NCBI GenBank assembly: GCA_951406725.2
Contig: OX597824.1
Coordinates: 95,356,001 to 95,420,000, forward strand
DNA length: 64,000 nt
Direction: 5' to 3'
From: Octopus vulgaris
Taxonomy: Eukaryota
Position 1 is the stretch's first letter. Every line of letters begins with the position of its first letter. This document shows, in pieces, positions 26,317 to 39,070 of this stretch. The position numbers and the translations under genes are program-made. The notes beneath the pieces are model-generated. The model had not been told where the DNA came from. It did not search any database and saw only the letters and a list, made by a program, of their open reading frames with translations.

Positions 26317-27059
26317 CTGGTTCTCAACCATTTTTCACTATGGACCCCTTTGATTACTATTCTATTCTTGTGGACCCCCCCCCCCCCATAGCCTGTCTGT
26401 GTTTTTAAATGAATTTTATAGATACCAGGGCAGTGAGCTGGCAGAATCGTTAGGACGCCGGGCGAAATGCTTAGCAGTATTTCATCTGTCGCTACGTTTT
26501 GAGTTCAAATTCCACCGAGGTCGACTTTGCCTTTCATCCTTTCAGGGTCAATTAAATAAGTACCAGTTACGCACTGGGGTCGATATAATCGACTTAATCC
26601 ATTTGTCTGTCCTTGTTTGTCCTCTCTGTTTGGCCCCTTGTGGGTAGTAAAGAAATAGGTATTTCGTCTGTCTTTACATTCTGAGTTCAAATTCTGCTGA
26701 GGTCAGCTTTGCTTTCAACCTTTTTGGAGTTGATAAATTAAGTACCAGTTGCATATTGGGGTCAATCTAATCGACTGCCCCCCGCACTCCCCACAAAAAT
26801 TTAGGCCTTGTACCTAGAGTAGAAAACAATTTTATAGATACTTCTTTTATAATTTCTATTTTGTTTTTAACTCATCAAGTTGTGTAGTTTGAATTATGTA
26901 AACACTTAGACCAAAATACCTTGCTGGTTTTTGCAATAAACACATCTAAAGCAATATTTTTTTTTATGGACCCCTAAAATACCACAGTGGATCTCCAATT
27001 TACTATTTTGCTTGTGTGGACCCCAAAAATCTTATATGGACCCCAGTTGAGAACCACTG
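26317..27059. mobile_element. hAT-type MITE with an 8-bp TSD, interrupted by a SINE
   Basis: TIRs (C)TGGTTCTCAAC and GTTGAGAACCACTG. GTTTAGAT at both 26309-26316 and 27060-27067. Internal GGACCCC repeats. Confidence 0.85.
26428..26827 (+). mobile_element. Meta-domain-type SINE, dimeric form; also 58403-58788 and 60205-60595(-), with monomers at about 21650, 24760, 40765, 41120, 63200
   Basis: GAGTTCAAATTCC B-box followed by GTCGACTTTGCCTTTCATCCTTTC...TAAGTACCAG, which resembles the MetaSINE central domain (from recall). The unit is present twice. Confidence 0.75.
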
Positions 27060-27471
27060 GTTTAGATAAACAAACGGAAGATATGTTGAGCAACCTGAAA
27101 TCCTGTGAAGGCTGATATTCTAGGCAAGGTCCTTCATTTCTTGGGAGAATCTCCTCAATTTTTTTCCCAGATTAGACAGATTTAGGTAAAAGATGGATGG
27201 GGCAAATAAGCTTAGATGAGCAGCAGCTATTGTGGTAGAATGTCCAAAGGGGTAATGAATGTGGATTGCAGGTATGGCTGTGTGGTTAGGGAACTTGCTT
27301 TGCAGCTATGTGGTTTTGGGTTCAGTCCCACTGTGCAGAACCCTCAACAAGTGTCATCTATTATAATCCTAGGCTGACCAATACCTTGTGAATAAATTTG
27401 GTAGATGACAACCATGCGGAAGCCCATCATATGTGTGTATGTGTGCAAGTATATATGTATTCAAGTATATG

Positions 27472-27667
27472 TAGTGGCTGTGTGGTAAGTAGCTTGCTTA
27501 CCAACCACATGGTTCTGGGTTCAGTCCCACTGTGTGGCACCTTGGGCAAGTGTCTTCTACTATAGCCTCGGGCTGACCAAAGCCTTGTGAGTGGACTTGG
27601 TAAACGGAAACTGAAAGAAGCCTGCCGTATATATGTATGTGTGTGTGTGTGTGTATATATATAGGTA

Positions 27668-27700
<33 letters not shown>

Positions 27701-28157
27701 ATGCATGTATGTATGCGTGTATGTATGTATATTTGTATGTATAGGAGTGGCAAGTAGCTTGCTTACCAACCACATGGTTCTGGGTTCAGTCCCACTGTGT
27801 GGCACCTTGGGCAAGTGTCTTCTACTATAGCCTCGGGCTGACCAAAGCCTTGTGAGTGGACTTGGTAAACGGAAACTGAAAGAAGCCTGCCGTATATATG
27901 TATGTGTGTGTGTGTGTGTGTATATATATAGGTGTGTGTGTGTGTGTGTATATGTTTGCGTGTCTGTGCTTGTCTCCCCAAAATCGCTTGACAACCGATG
28001 CTGGTGTGTTTACCTCCCCGTAACTTAGCGGTTCAGCAAAAGAGACCGATAGAATAAGTACTAGACTTACAAAGAATAAGTCCTTGAGGCCAATTTTCTC
28101 GACTAAAGGCGGTGCTCCAGCATGGCCACAGTCAAATGACTGAAACAAGTAAAAGAG
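27472..28157 (+). mobile_element. tRNA-derived SINE with an internal microsatellite (head duplicated here); further copies at about 12280-12690(-), 13675-14062, 47598-47980, 53199-53545, 53806-54145(-), 60983-61407(-)
   Basis: A-box TGGCTGTGTGG, B-box-like GGTTCAGTCCC, conserved body CACCTTGGGCAAGTGTCTTCT, (TA/TG)n middle, and tail GGTGCTCCAGCATGGCCACAGTCAAATGACTGAAACAAGTAAAAGAG. Confidence 0.88.
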
Positions 28158-29107
28158 TATATAAGTTTGTGAGTATGTATGTGTGTTTGTTTTTGTCTCC
28201 TGGCCCCTCTTGACAACCAGTTCTGTTTTGTTTAATGTCTTTGTAACTTAGAGATTCACATAAATAAGCACCAGACCTACTGGGGTCAGTTTGTTTGCCT
28301 AAAACCTTCCAAGGTGGTGCCACAGCATGGCCATAGTCCAGTGATTGAAATAAATAAAAGAAGGGAAAAAAGAGGATAAGTTACTGAACAAAATCAGGCA
28401 CGGGCAGCCTTTTTTCAGGCAGCAGGCTACACGTGACTTGGCTCACCATCAGGTCGGCTGCCACTACCAAAAATATTCAAAGTAAGTTTTCATTAGGCAG
28501 AGCATTCAGAAAGTCCTGTGGGCCACAGTTTGCCCCTGGCTGCTCTAAATTATGCACAAGATTGTTATCTAAGTTTTAACTTATGTAAACAAAATAAGTG
28601 AAGTGAAACAATGTTTAATTATGAACAAAGTTTTAACACATTTCTTTCAATATGATTTCATATGGAGAATGAAGTACTCTGCTAGACTTCCTTGTTCTTG
28701 ACACACTACATGAAGACATTCTTCAATGATGAAGTCATTAAGGTTTACAACATGTTTACATACTCATCTTTATTAATTGTAGAATTTTCTTTTACAAACT
28801 GCTGTTTAAATTCTTTTGATACGTTTACAAAAGAATTTTTCTTTTTTGTAGATTTTTATGTTGAAGTAGTCGAATTGCATTTCTCTTTGCAAAATAGAAT
28901 GTTTTGACTTTGCATTTTATGGAGTTTTATTCCTTTTCTGTTTTGTTTGTTGGCTTTAACCCTTTAGCATTCAGATTACTCTGCCAAATATGTTTTTTTG
29001 CCTTCTGACTACATGGCTCGTGGGTTCAGTCCCACTGCATGGCACCTGGAACGAGTGTCTTCTAGTATAGCCTCGGGTAGACGGAAACTGAAAGAAAATC
29101 ATAGTGT

Positions 29108-29330
29108 ATATATATCTGTAAATGTAATATGTGACAATTATTCGGTAGCCAAGATAAAACTTTGAGTTTCGGATGCCTATGTAGAAATCCATGCCACCAT
29201 CTCTTCAGTTATCCAGCCATCCAAGAGATAGGGGGGTGGATTTCCACCTCGGCATCCGAAACTCAAAGTTTTATCTTGGCTACCGAATAATTGTCACATA
29301 TTCCATTTACAGATATATCTATATATATAT
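29108..29330. mobile_element. Penelope-like fold-back remnant, family C, with a canonical CUGAAGA hammerhead motif on the minus strand
   Basis: Inverted arms around 29190-29235. Minus strand 29213-29153 reads GATAA-CTGAAGA-GATG...CATC-C-GAA-ACT-CAA-AGT-T-TTATC. Confidence 0.68.
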
Positions 29331-29859
29331 ATATGCATATATATATATGTATATATATATATACATACATACATATATACATATATATATTTATGTGTGT
29401 GTTTTTGTTTCTGTATTTCTTCCCCAGCACCACTTCAAACTGGTGTTGGTGTGTTTACATCCCTGTTAGCAGTTTCAGCAAATGAGGCCTATAGACTAAG
29501 TACCAGGCTTTGCAAAAGAAAAATAAGTCCCGGGGTTGATTTTGTTTGACTAAAATTCTCTAAGGCAGTGTTCCAGCATGGCCACAGTCAAATGACTGAA
29601 ACAAGTAAAAGAGTAAAGGATAAATTAATCATACATCATCACTTAGGTTCAAGATCTCCGTGATGTGGTTGTTTACTTTTAGAATGACATTGTAGGGTAG
29701 GAGTGAAAAGCTAGATGTGGCCAGTTTGAACCTAAACCAGAATATTTGGGCCGCTTTATATGGCCAGTTGAAATACTAAAGGGTTAAAGTCTCTTTTACT
29801 TTTTCCTTACTAGTTGATAAAATGGCAGAGCCTCCCATGTGTGCTCCCTGCTGACTTTG

Positions 29860-30510
29860 TTGCCTCATAACTTCCAGGAAAATGGATATTTTTTAATGGA
29901 AGTTTCTAGAAATCCATTTCAGATGGTGTACATTCTGATGATATTGGAATGTGTAGTGAAAAAGTTTTTCCAAGGGTGGGGTGAGGCGTTTTGGAAAATT
30001 TACATAAGACGGCTTTGTTTATTCATAACTTTGAGAAAAACGGGCAATATTTTATGAAATTTTCTATAAATACCTTTCAGAATCTGTAGGTTACAATTAT
30101 ATTGGAATTTAATGTAAGAAACAAAAATTTGATGGGCTCATATACATACATACTGATACACATCACATAAATCTACAAATGAAACTTGAAATTTTGAAAG
30201 AAATCGTGATGTGTGTCAGTATGTATGTGTGCATGCTTACTATGTTTCTTTTCATATCAAATTTCAATGTAATCATGATTTACACACTCTGAAAAGTATT
30301 TGTAGAAAATTTCATTAAAAAATACCCATTTTTCTGAAAGTTATGAGGAAAGGAAGCCAACTCATGTGAGTTTTCCAAAACTCTTCTTCCCACCCATAGA
30401 AAAAATTCTTCCACAACAAATTCCAATATAATCGGAATGTACACCATCTGAAGAGTATTTATAGAAAATTTCATTAAAAAATATCCATTTTTTGGAAAGT
30501 TATGAGGAAA
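29860..30510. repeat. Inverted pair of an unclassified repeat
   Basis: CTCATAACTT(T/C)C...AAAATGGATATTTTTTAATG(A/G)AA(T/G)TTTCT sub-units occur twice on + (29860-30110) and twice on - (30280-30510). Confidence 0.65.
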
Positions 30511-30613
30511 CAAAATCGACGGAGCCACATGTGTGTAGGTGTGCCACTAAAACATTCACACAACTCAATTTAATCTCCATTTTCATTGCTGATTTTCTTA
30601 TATTTTTCTTTAG

Positions 30614-30769
30614 AACGAACCAAATACCTGTGGAGAGAATGCACTTAGCGAAGTGATGCCTGATATTGCTATGGCGACTGCCTCGTTGGATCAGATGCAC
30701 ATGCATGAGACTGATTTAGATTTGGACATTGTTTCAGATGGCATTCATCATGGAACCCTCTATGTATGA
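30614..30769 (+). CDS. BTBD7: BTBD7-like terminal coding exon (too short for the ORF track)
   Basis: Polypyrimidine tract and tttAG|AAC acceptor, phase 0. Encodes NEPNTCGENALSEVMPDIAMATASLDQMHMHETDLDLDIVSDGIHHGTLYV, then TGA at 30767-30769. PDIA motif recalled from BTBD7 C-termini. Confidence 0.78.
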   Translation, partial: NEPNTCGENALSEVMPDIAMATASLDQMHMHETDLDLDIVSDGIHHGTLYV

Positions 30770-33700
30770 AGCGCTTCCCCTTATCCCTCCCCCCGACCAA
30801 GGACACTCTTCAACTTGTTGATCCTTCTTAAACTGCTGCTGCTGCTGCTGCCATTGATTTGCTGCTGTCACCTGTGTCATGTAAGTTGCACAGAACAAAC
30901 TAGCCTCTTGCCGCTCCACAACACACAATGGCTTGGTGCTGGTACCGAAGAGAATGGCTTGTTGTCACAACAGAAGAGATTAAGCCTGTTAGTAACATAG
31001 GACTGTTGCAGTTGCAGAGCTGATGCAGAATAGCAAATAACCCGTGGAATTATTGTACTTAACTGCATTAAGACTTGTCGATGGCTGTTGCCAAAAGCAT
31101 TGGATTTTCAAATTTACAGCTTGCAAGACCTCTCATGTTTGATAAACCTTTTGAAGCTAATTGAGTTTATAGTCTTTCCACAGCCATTTCATTACTGACT
31201 TGAAAGCATGTCCACTGTCTATTTATTATTTATTTATCATATTTATTGACTTATTTTGAATAATTTCCACCTTTTGCTGTTTTATTTTTTTTTTATCATT
31301 TTGTTTTAAAAGTTGATTTTTTTTTTTTTTTTTTACCATCTCCATCATTTCATTTTTGCATTTTAAATTGGTTGCCGAATTTCGTAAGTCTTAAGTCATT
31401 CGTCATATGAAACGTCCTACCATGAAGTAATTTTATCTCCAACAATATGATGCCTTTGCTAAAATCCTATTTTGCATTTTTGTTTGAGAACACAAAACCC
31501 TTTTGATAACCCTGCAAATCACACAGCTACTTAAGGACTCATCAAACACTGTTGTCAATAGAAATATTTAGTCAAAAATGCTACTCCTTTTGTTTTTTTT
31601 TGTTTTTTAAAACAAAGTGAAAATGTGGAACATTATTTATTACTGAATAAATATTTTCTAGAGGCATTTTCATAAATTTATAAGGTGTAAAGTTTTCTGC
31701 TCACTGCATAAGCTATATATTGATGTTTTTTAAAAGTTTTTTTCATCAGCAGCTAGAAATGGATAACAAAATACAAGCTTTAGTATAACTTTAAGTTAAG
31801 GAACCGTAGAATTCTGAATCTGTTTTTCTTTTTTGTTTCATCACCTAATGTGTACAGTAATGACACGCTTAATCTGTTGTGTAAGCTTTCCTATCAATGA
31901 TTACGGCTTAGGTATTAATTAAACCATTAACTCAGTATATATTTGCTTCTAGTCATCCCTACTTCATATATATAGATATATATATATATATGATATTTAA
32001 ATGATATAGTTTGTAATTAAAAGATAGTACTCAATACATGGTAAAGAGTATATTGTTTACTTAAACTGAGCTCTTTTTTTTTGCAACTTGAGTTTCATGC
32101 CTCTGAAATCGATAAGGTATTTTCTTTGGTGCATGGCTACCATTTTCATTGGCCAGTTTCTGAATGTTGTTTCGTTAGGTTGGTTGGGGGTTTTGATTAT
32201 TCTCGTTTTGTCTCTGTTCATTGGCAAATGACTGGTGAGAACATTGCAATAATTAAAATTAACAATTAAAAAGAAACCGTCCTAACAAAACAATGTTGAG
32301 AAACTAGGCAATAAAAATGATTACCACACACAGAGAAACAAGCCTGCTTCAAATTATATATATATATATATATAATTTTACTTAGGTATGGTGATACTAA
32401 TAATATACTAGTACTAAATATAGTGATACTTAGAACTCAATATACTTATGCTTTAAGTTAGGCAAGTATGGAGTGTAATATTAATGAATGAATGACAAAA
32501 GAACAGGAGTTGTGCAATCACTATCATTGGCATAAAAGCTATTTCTTCTGTAGGAAGCGATGTACTCTGAGCTAAGTGCTGTGCTTCTTTTAGTAGAAAT
32601 AGTCGTAAAGCAAATGAAAGCATTTATGAGGCCCTTGTTTGTTTGTCAGCCATTAATTTATGTGTGTGTGTGTGCGTGTGCATGCGATATATTTCAGTTG
32701 ATCAACCTTTAAGAAGTTTCTTAGAAAAGTTTGTCAAACATCATAGGGAACATAAATTCAATATTCTAGCAAAATTCTGTAAAAGAATTTTTTTTTCCAT
32801 ATTAGGTTCTAGAAGTTTAAAAAAAAAAAATCAGTCATTAATTTTTTTTTTGTTCATTCTCACATTTCACTGGGGTTTTTTTCTTTTTTTTAAAAATTAT
32901 TTTGGTCACAAAAAAAAATGTAACTTTCATCCAAATACATCTGAAATACTTATCTCTCTGCTGGCAGATTGGTAAGTTTTTGTTTTTTTTCTTTGGATGG
33001 TACATTTCGATATTTGACATCAATAAATTTAGTCTGTTCCAATGTTAAGAATTTTATTTACTGTTCGCCCCTCCCCCTGCCATCTACCATTTGTTATTGT
33101 ATTTATGATTTTCGAAAGGGAAGAAAATCCACTTTTTAAATATGAACCATTCATTCAATCAAACAAGTGTTACTTTCTAACAAACCAACCAACAAAAAAA
33201 AGTTTAAAATAAACCACTTTATTTTCAAGTTTTTTTTGTGTTTTTTTTTTTTAACTTTCATTGTACAAAACCCAGTGTTAATAATGGTAAACTAACAGCC
33301 ATTTAGCTTTTATTTTCTATTTTCCTCAACACATAAAATGTAATGATTTTGTCCAAAAGATTCATCTATTCTCTTGCTAGCTAGATTCTAGAAATATTTC
33401 TTATGGTGCTTCATACCTCTCTCTCTCTCTCTCTCTCTCTCATACAAACATGCCTTTCCTGCTCATAATAAATTCCCCAGTTTTTTCTCTGAGATTATGT
33501 TTAACATGATTAAACATTTTTTTTTTTTTCAAAAGCAATAAAATTCTGTTTTTTCTTAGACAAGACAAATAGTATTGGTTAACTGGAGAAGAAAAGCCAC
33601 TACATTGTTAAAGAAAAGTGCTTGTGTTTCATAGAATTTCTTTGAGTTGTAAAATTATTCATGTTTATGTTGGGCACAAGAAATACCTTCTTGATATGTT

Positions 33701-34516
33701 TAAGGTAATGTCTCCTATATTTTCTTTTTATTTTTTCGTTCTATAAAAAGGAAAGAATGAGTCATTATCTCTTTCTCCTACACTCATCTCTCACCAACTG
33801 TAGATTTTAGGAAATTTGGCTTTTCTTTTTTTTTTTATACTCTAAAAATGAAAACCACAAGAATTTGGACATTTTGAAATTGTTTTGTCAACTTTTACAT
33901 CTTAAATGTAAGTTCAATCTTTCTGTTTTTATGATAATCACAAAGGTTTGATTTTTCTAAGTCTGATGTCATACAATTAAGTAAGACTTTGATATTCCGT
34001 CATGAATTCATATGACAAATTGGTGTAAGAATTTTTTTCATTAAAATAAACAATCTTCATCGTGTCTCTTATAAGAAGTGCCCAGCTGAAGAATTATCTC
34101 TCACATTAGCAGTCAAAATAGATTTGTCATCTTGTTGCACATTTCTCAATTCCAGACATAGCTGCTACATTGACGCATTGTCTTGGTATTAAAACAATAC
34201 CATCTTTTCTTAATACCATCTTTTTTCAAACAAAATCAAACAATATTTTGAAAAGGTAGACTATTGGATTCCAGCAATGAAGATGAGTTGTGAAATCAAT
34301 TCACAAGAATTAGCCCACGATTATGTTTCTTACTCATCAAGATAGAGATTACTGACAAAATTAGTTTAATTGCTATGATTATTCATTACATTATAAATGA
34401 TCTCAAAATATTCAAAGACATTAATTTACCCCACTTTTCTTAAGAACATAACTTTAGACAATGGCTATTTCTTTGAATATCACACAGCTTAATTTCAGTT
34501 TCAGTTCCATATTGTT
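30770..34516 (+). other. Putative 3' UTR of BTBD7 (true end unknown)
   Basis: Follows the stop codon. U-rich, with several AATAAA hexamers (e.g. near 31646, 32310, 33022, 33537, 34044) and no recognisable SINE/LINE until the MITE at 34521. Confidence 0.5.
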
Positions 34517-34520
34517 TTAA

Positions 34521-34741
34521 CCCTTTTGTTACCAACCCAGCTGAAACCATCTCTGGCTCTTTAATATACATGTCTTGTTTTCATAAGTTTTGAATTAAAA
34601 TCTTCCACCAAACCTTAGTCACAATTTATGTTCCCAACACTAGCTTAATGATAACGAAGTTATTTTACTAAATTCTTTGTTATATCTGAAATAATTGAAA
34701 GAAGCACAGAGCATCTCAAAATAAATACAGTAACGAAAGGG
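34521..34741. mobile_element. piggyBac-type MITE family 1 (~221 bp); copies at 41444-41665, 42580-42802, 61836-62056
   Basis: TTAA|CCCTTT(T/C)GTTAC...GTAACGAAAGGG|TTAA; four highly similar copies. Confidence 0.85.
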
Positions 34742-35247
34742 TTAAAGCACATACATAGGCAATGAGTGGTGGTGGGGGGTGGGCACTATTTTAAAATGAT
34801 ACACTCCTTTACATGAATTGGTAGAATTCTTCTTAGAAATAGTTGCATTTCCATTAAAGCAAAATTTCTGCAAATGTTTACTTGCTAGTTCTTAACCTTT
34901 CTCTCTTATAACTTTATTAAATGACCATTTTTTCTTTAAAATATATTCTCAATAAATATATTTTCCAACTTAGTTCTTCAGTACAGCAAAATCTTTAATT
35001 CTTTCTTTTCCTTTGTACATGCCTTAGTTTTTTTTCTTAATAATTGTAATAAGAGCATTATTAAATATATTTGCTGTAAACTTTCATTGCCAAAGCGAAG
35101 AAAAAATTTTACCTCCAATATTTACTTTCAAAAATGATTAAATTCCATACACACATTTTAAGATAAAAGAAATGCTTCTAATTAAAGCATACTTTTATTA
35201 GTATATATCTTACTGTTTTTTGGAGGGAGTTCCATTCTTTCTGCTAA

Positions 35248-35624
35248 TCTCTCTCTATATAAACGGCAGTTTGTCTGTGCGTTTTCTGTGTGTCTGTTTT
35301 CTCGTACCCTCACCCTGACCACGGCTTTCAACCGATTCTGATGAAACTTGACACACACATAGCCCAATGTCATAATTCAAAACTAACGCAGGGAAAATTT
35401 TGAAAAGTTCCCCAGTTCTGAAAAAAAATCGATAAATTCGACATGGGGTCGAGAATCAGAAACCCAAACCACAGACCGTCTAGGGGACGCAACTCCACCT
35501 TTTTTAACTCTCAAAAAAAAAAATTTACCATCATTTTTTTTTCTATTTTTTGGCTATAACTCTCTAAAAATGCTTTATAGTTATTTCCCTTACAAACCTG
35601 AGCAACGCCGGGCGATACTGCTAG
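35248..35624 (+). mobile_element. Non-autonomous Helitron
   Basis: a|TCTCTCTCTATATAAA...CCTGAGCAACGCCGGGCGATACTGCTAG|t, giving TC...CTAG termini at an AT target. Confidence 0.82.
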
Positions 35625-36317
35625 TTTTCTTCATAAATTTGTGTGTAGAACTTAGAAGTTTTTTCATAATTTTTGTATTAAAATTTTTTAGGCTGTATTA
35701 GATTAGACATATATCACCAGTTAACATGGATGAAAATTATTAGGTGGCTTCAAGGATACAGAAAATCACAGCATTTGAAAACACATAAAATATATTTAAT
35801 AATATATCTGCTCAAGTTCTATAGACTTTAATATTAGAAGTAGGTTGTGTAAGAGCTTACAAACTGTACTTTCGACTTTTAAAATTTCAAAATGAAAGTT
35901 GTTTTATTTTTAAGATAAAATATTATAAGACCTCAGCTTCGGCTTTCTAACTATTTGTCTTCAAAAGTATTTTCCTGTAATTTAACTGGGGGCTTTCAAA
36001 GAATAGAAAGTAGTTTCGAATTTTGAAGAGAAAAAGTTTCTTGGTTTTGATGGAAATCTAAACCCCTTGAAGGAATTCCAAACTACTAATGAATTTAGGA
36101 CATTAAAATACTAAAATACTCTTTATATGTCAGTTTCATATCTTATAGGAGAGATCGGATTAGAGTTACCTGTACATCTCAGGTAAATATATTGAATAAT
36201 ATGCTATACATAAAATATAATTGTATATTTTATCAGAAGTGTATATTCCATTAATCTCTGTTATTTAACCATCAAGTCTATGATGGTAGTCACTTCATAT
36301 TATTCAGGAATAAAATC

Positions 36318-37240
36318 ATCAGCAAGATGGGTCCACAGATAACTGATGATGCCTATCCAAGGATGGAAGGTGATTCCAGTGTTGGAATAAAGGATCAAAT
36401 TGACACAAAATCTTAAGGATTGCTGTCTGGATTAACTCCTTTGCTTCTCTGCAGCATTCCTGACATAACATGGAACCTTTATGTACAGAAGAATCCTGTT
36501 TGGACCTGGTCAATGTGTCATTGTGTTCCCAGGTGTGTGGATTTAGAGAAATAAATTTTAGGAGTACCTGAAGCATCTCTTAAAATCTCTTTTCTGAACT
36601 TCCCGGAGCTGGCTGATGCAGTATTTCAGTTTTCTTTGTTCTAAAGGCAAGACTGATGTTTGTGTATGTAGCGAATAATAACTTGTCTTGGACATCAGTT
36701 TCTGAGCCAGCATCAGGGATGCAGCCATTTGCAAACTTGATATTTTTGCCAAGTTGAAGATTTTTGCCAGCCAACCCTGCTGGACACTATTTGAGATTGT
36801 AAACAGTTCTGATCTCTTCCCATTTTCATGGATATCTTGATGCCTGTGTAAAATGGTTGCATCAAAAAGATGAACTTGTTTGGTATCTGCTTTTAGCAAT
36901 GATCTTCCACATCCTAAATGCTGATAACAATGAAGTGCTTGCTTGGTTGAGTTAGTACAGGTGCAAAATAAACCAGTTCTGTTATTGGCAGTGAATATCC
37001 TGTCAACTGCTCCTCACCCACTCATCTACAATCCTCATAGGCTTTTGTACAAAGTCCCTGATCAAGATCTGCAATGAACCAGCTCAGCAGGATGCTGGCA
37101 AATATCTTGTCAGTAAGGAGGCAACACCTACCAGCTCCCTTTCACCTCGTACAGATCTGCATTTTTGAGCCAACTAGTCTGTAGAGGTCTGCATCCATGA
37201 GCTTCTGGGGACAAAATCTTATTGGTCAAGGCTGAACCAT
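36318..37240 (-). mobile_element. Decayed RTE-type LINE fragment
   Basis: SELFTISNSVQQG, KLLFA and KKTEILHQPAP resemble RTE/BovB-type RT motifs. Boundaries approximate. Confidence 0.6.
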
Positions 37241-38788
37241 TGTACAGTTCACTCCACCTATCTGTTTTTCTCTCTGGTCACATAAAAGCTATTTAATTCT
37301 TTATATTATTCTATCTTCTGTTGTAGACTGTAATATTTTTAAAATCAACTCAAGAACTATTTAAATAATATGATTATAATTCTATCAACTTTACAGATGA
37401 AATATTTCTGTTATATTTACATTTACTCTATATTGGTTGCTTTAGTGACCAAATAGATTGAAATGTAGTGTTAGTGTGTTGTGAAAAGATTTTCATGTTA
37501 ACAATTTGAAAAATCATGTTAACATCTCAGCTAGGAGGGGAATATTTCAGAATGTACTTTAGTTTCTGTAACATCTGCCGATTTATTAAGAATGATATTA
37601 GAAAAATATTACTGTTTTTGATGGCATAGAGGTATATGGTCATATTAGATGCCCCCCAATTTCAGTGGAGCTTATTCAGGAGAAAAATGTTTTTTGTGCA
37701 TTAAAGCTTATGGGTGACCCAACTTTACGTATAGGATCCTTTTTAAGACATTTTTTTTTCTTTGGAAAAAGTGCATCTTTTGTGCCATCAAATATTGTAT
37801 ATTCTAAAACATATTGGCCTCTATCATACAGTGCCTATATATAGTGTGAAATTATCGGTAGAACACTGGACAAAATGCTTTGTGGCATTTAGCTGGGTTC
37901 TGAGTTTAAATCTTGTTGAAGTCAATATCTTTCAGATCTGATGATATAAAATAGCTGTTGAAGTACTCCAAACCCTCACCCTTCCACCAATAAAAAGAAA
38001 TAATAAATTCTAGCCTTCCATGTGCCTGTGTTAGAAATCATTATTATCCTGGGTATAATAAACAGTACCATTTTCTTTTCTTTTTTTCTTTTTCGTTTTT
38101 TTTTTCCTTGTACATATCAAAAATATCAATACATTTTTTTGTTTAATCAAAATTGAGAATTATAGTCTTTTGATACTGGAAACAGCAGTTTAACATTCAA
38201 TTTTGAAAAATAAAAATGTAAAAAAAGAAAAAGAAAATGCAATGAGATTTATTCAAATTAATACTGAGATTGGCATTTTTTTTTCCTTGCTCAAAGAAAT
38301 TTTGTTCATTTTTACTTTTTTTTTCTCTATGCAAAGGGCTTGTCTGATTTTCTTCAGCTGCAGTGTAAATGATACTTTTTTATAACATCTTCAGTCAATT
38401 AATTAAATAACATTTTAAAATATTTCCTATGTAAACATATACTTCAGTGGAATTCTGTAAACAGAATTCTTTAGTAGAATTAGAGTAATTAGTAACAATT
38501 TATTTGAAAAAACACTCTGCGTTTAGTATTTATTAAAAATTCTAGCCATTATAATAGTAAATTGTAGCCATAACCCCTTAGCATTCAGATTACTCTGTCA
38601 AATATAATATTTATTTATTCACATTGTTTTGAATTAACCGTGCATTATCTCATGGCTTTGAGATTTCGAAGATTTTTGTTTTTAGAATAACATTGTGTGA
38701 AGGGCCAAATCTGACCAGTTCAAACACAAAACAGAATATTTGGGCTGGATTTGGCTGGCTTAAATACTAATGCAGTAATATTATTTCA

Positions 38789-39070
38789 GAGATGTACTTG
38801 CATAGCAAGTGACCTGATCTGAGATAGTGTGTTGCAACAAAAACAATTGCAGCATGGAAGGTGTTTATAAGCCATTTAAGAAACACACAAAAACCGTTTA
38901 ATTTAATTTGTCAAAATATTTTCGTAGCTTTGAAACTGTGACCTGTTCACTGACAAGACTTCTTTCTACACCAAATTTTGTCAGTGAACAGGTTGCAGTC
39001 TCAAAGCAACAAAAATATTTTTGCATATTAAATTTAGATGTTGAAGTGAATCTAACGGATTTTACACACA
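38789..39070. mobile_element. Penelope-like fold-back remnant, family B
   Basis: Opposed TTGTCA-GTGAACA-G...(G/A)AAAATATTT motifs at 38908-38956 (-) and 38978-39022 (+). Homologous to the 22402 copy. Confidence 0.7.

Noticed and set aside
28685-28742. Possible extra BTBD7 exon (AG...AAG|GTTTAC)
   Set aside because: Weak splice signals and no recognisable homology; exons ending 25924 and starting 30614 already join in phase.
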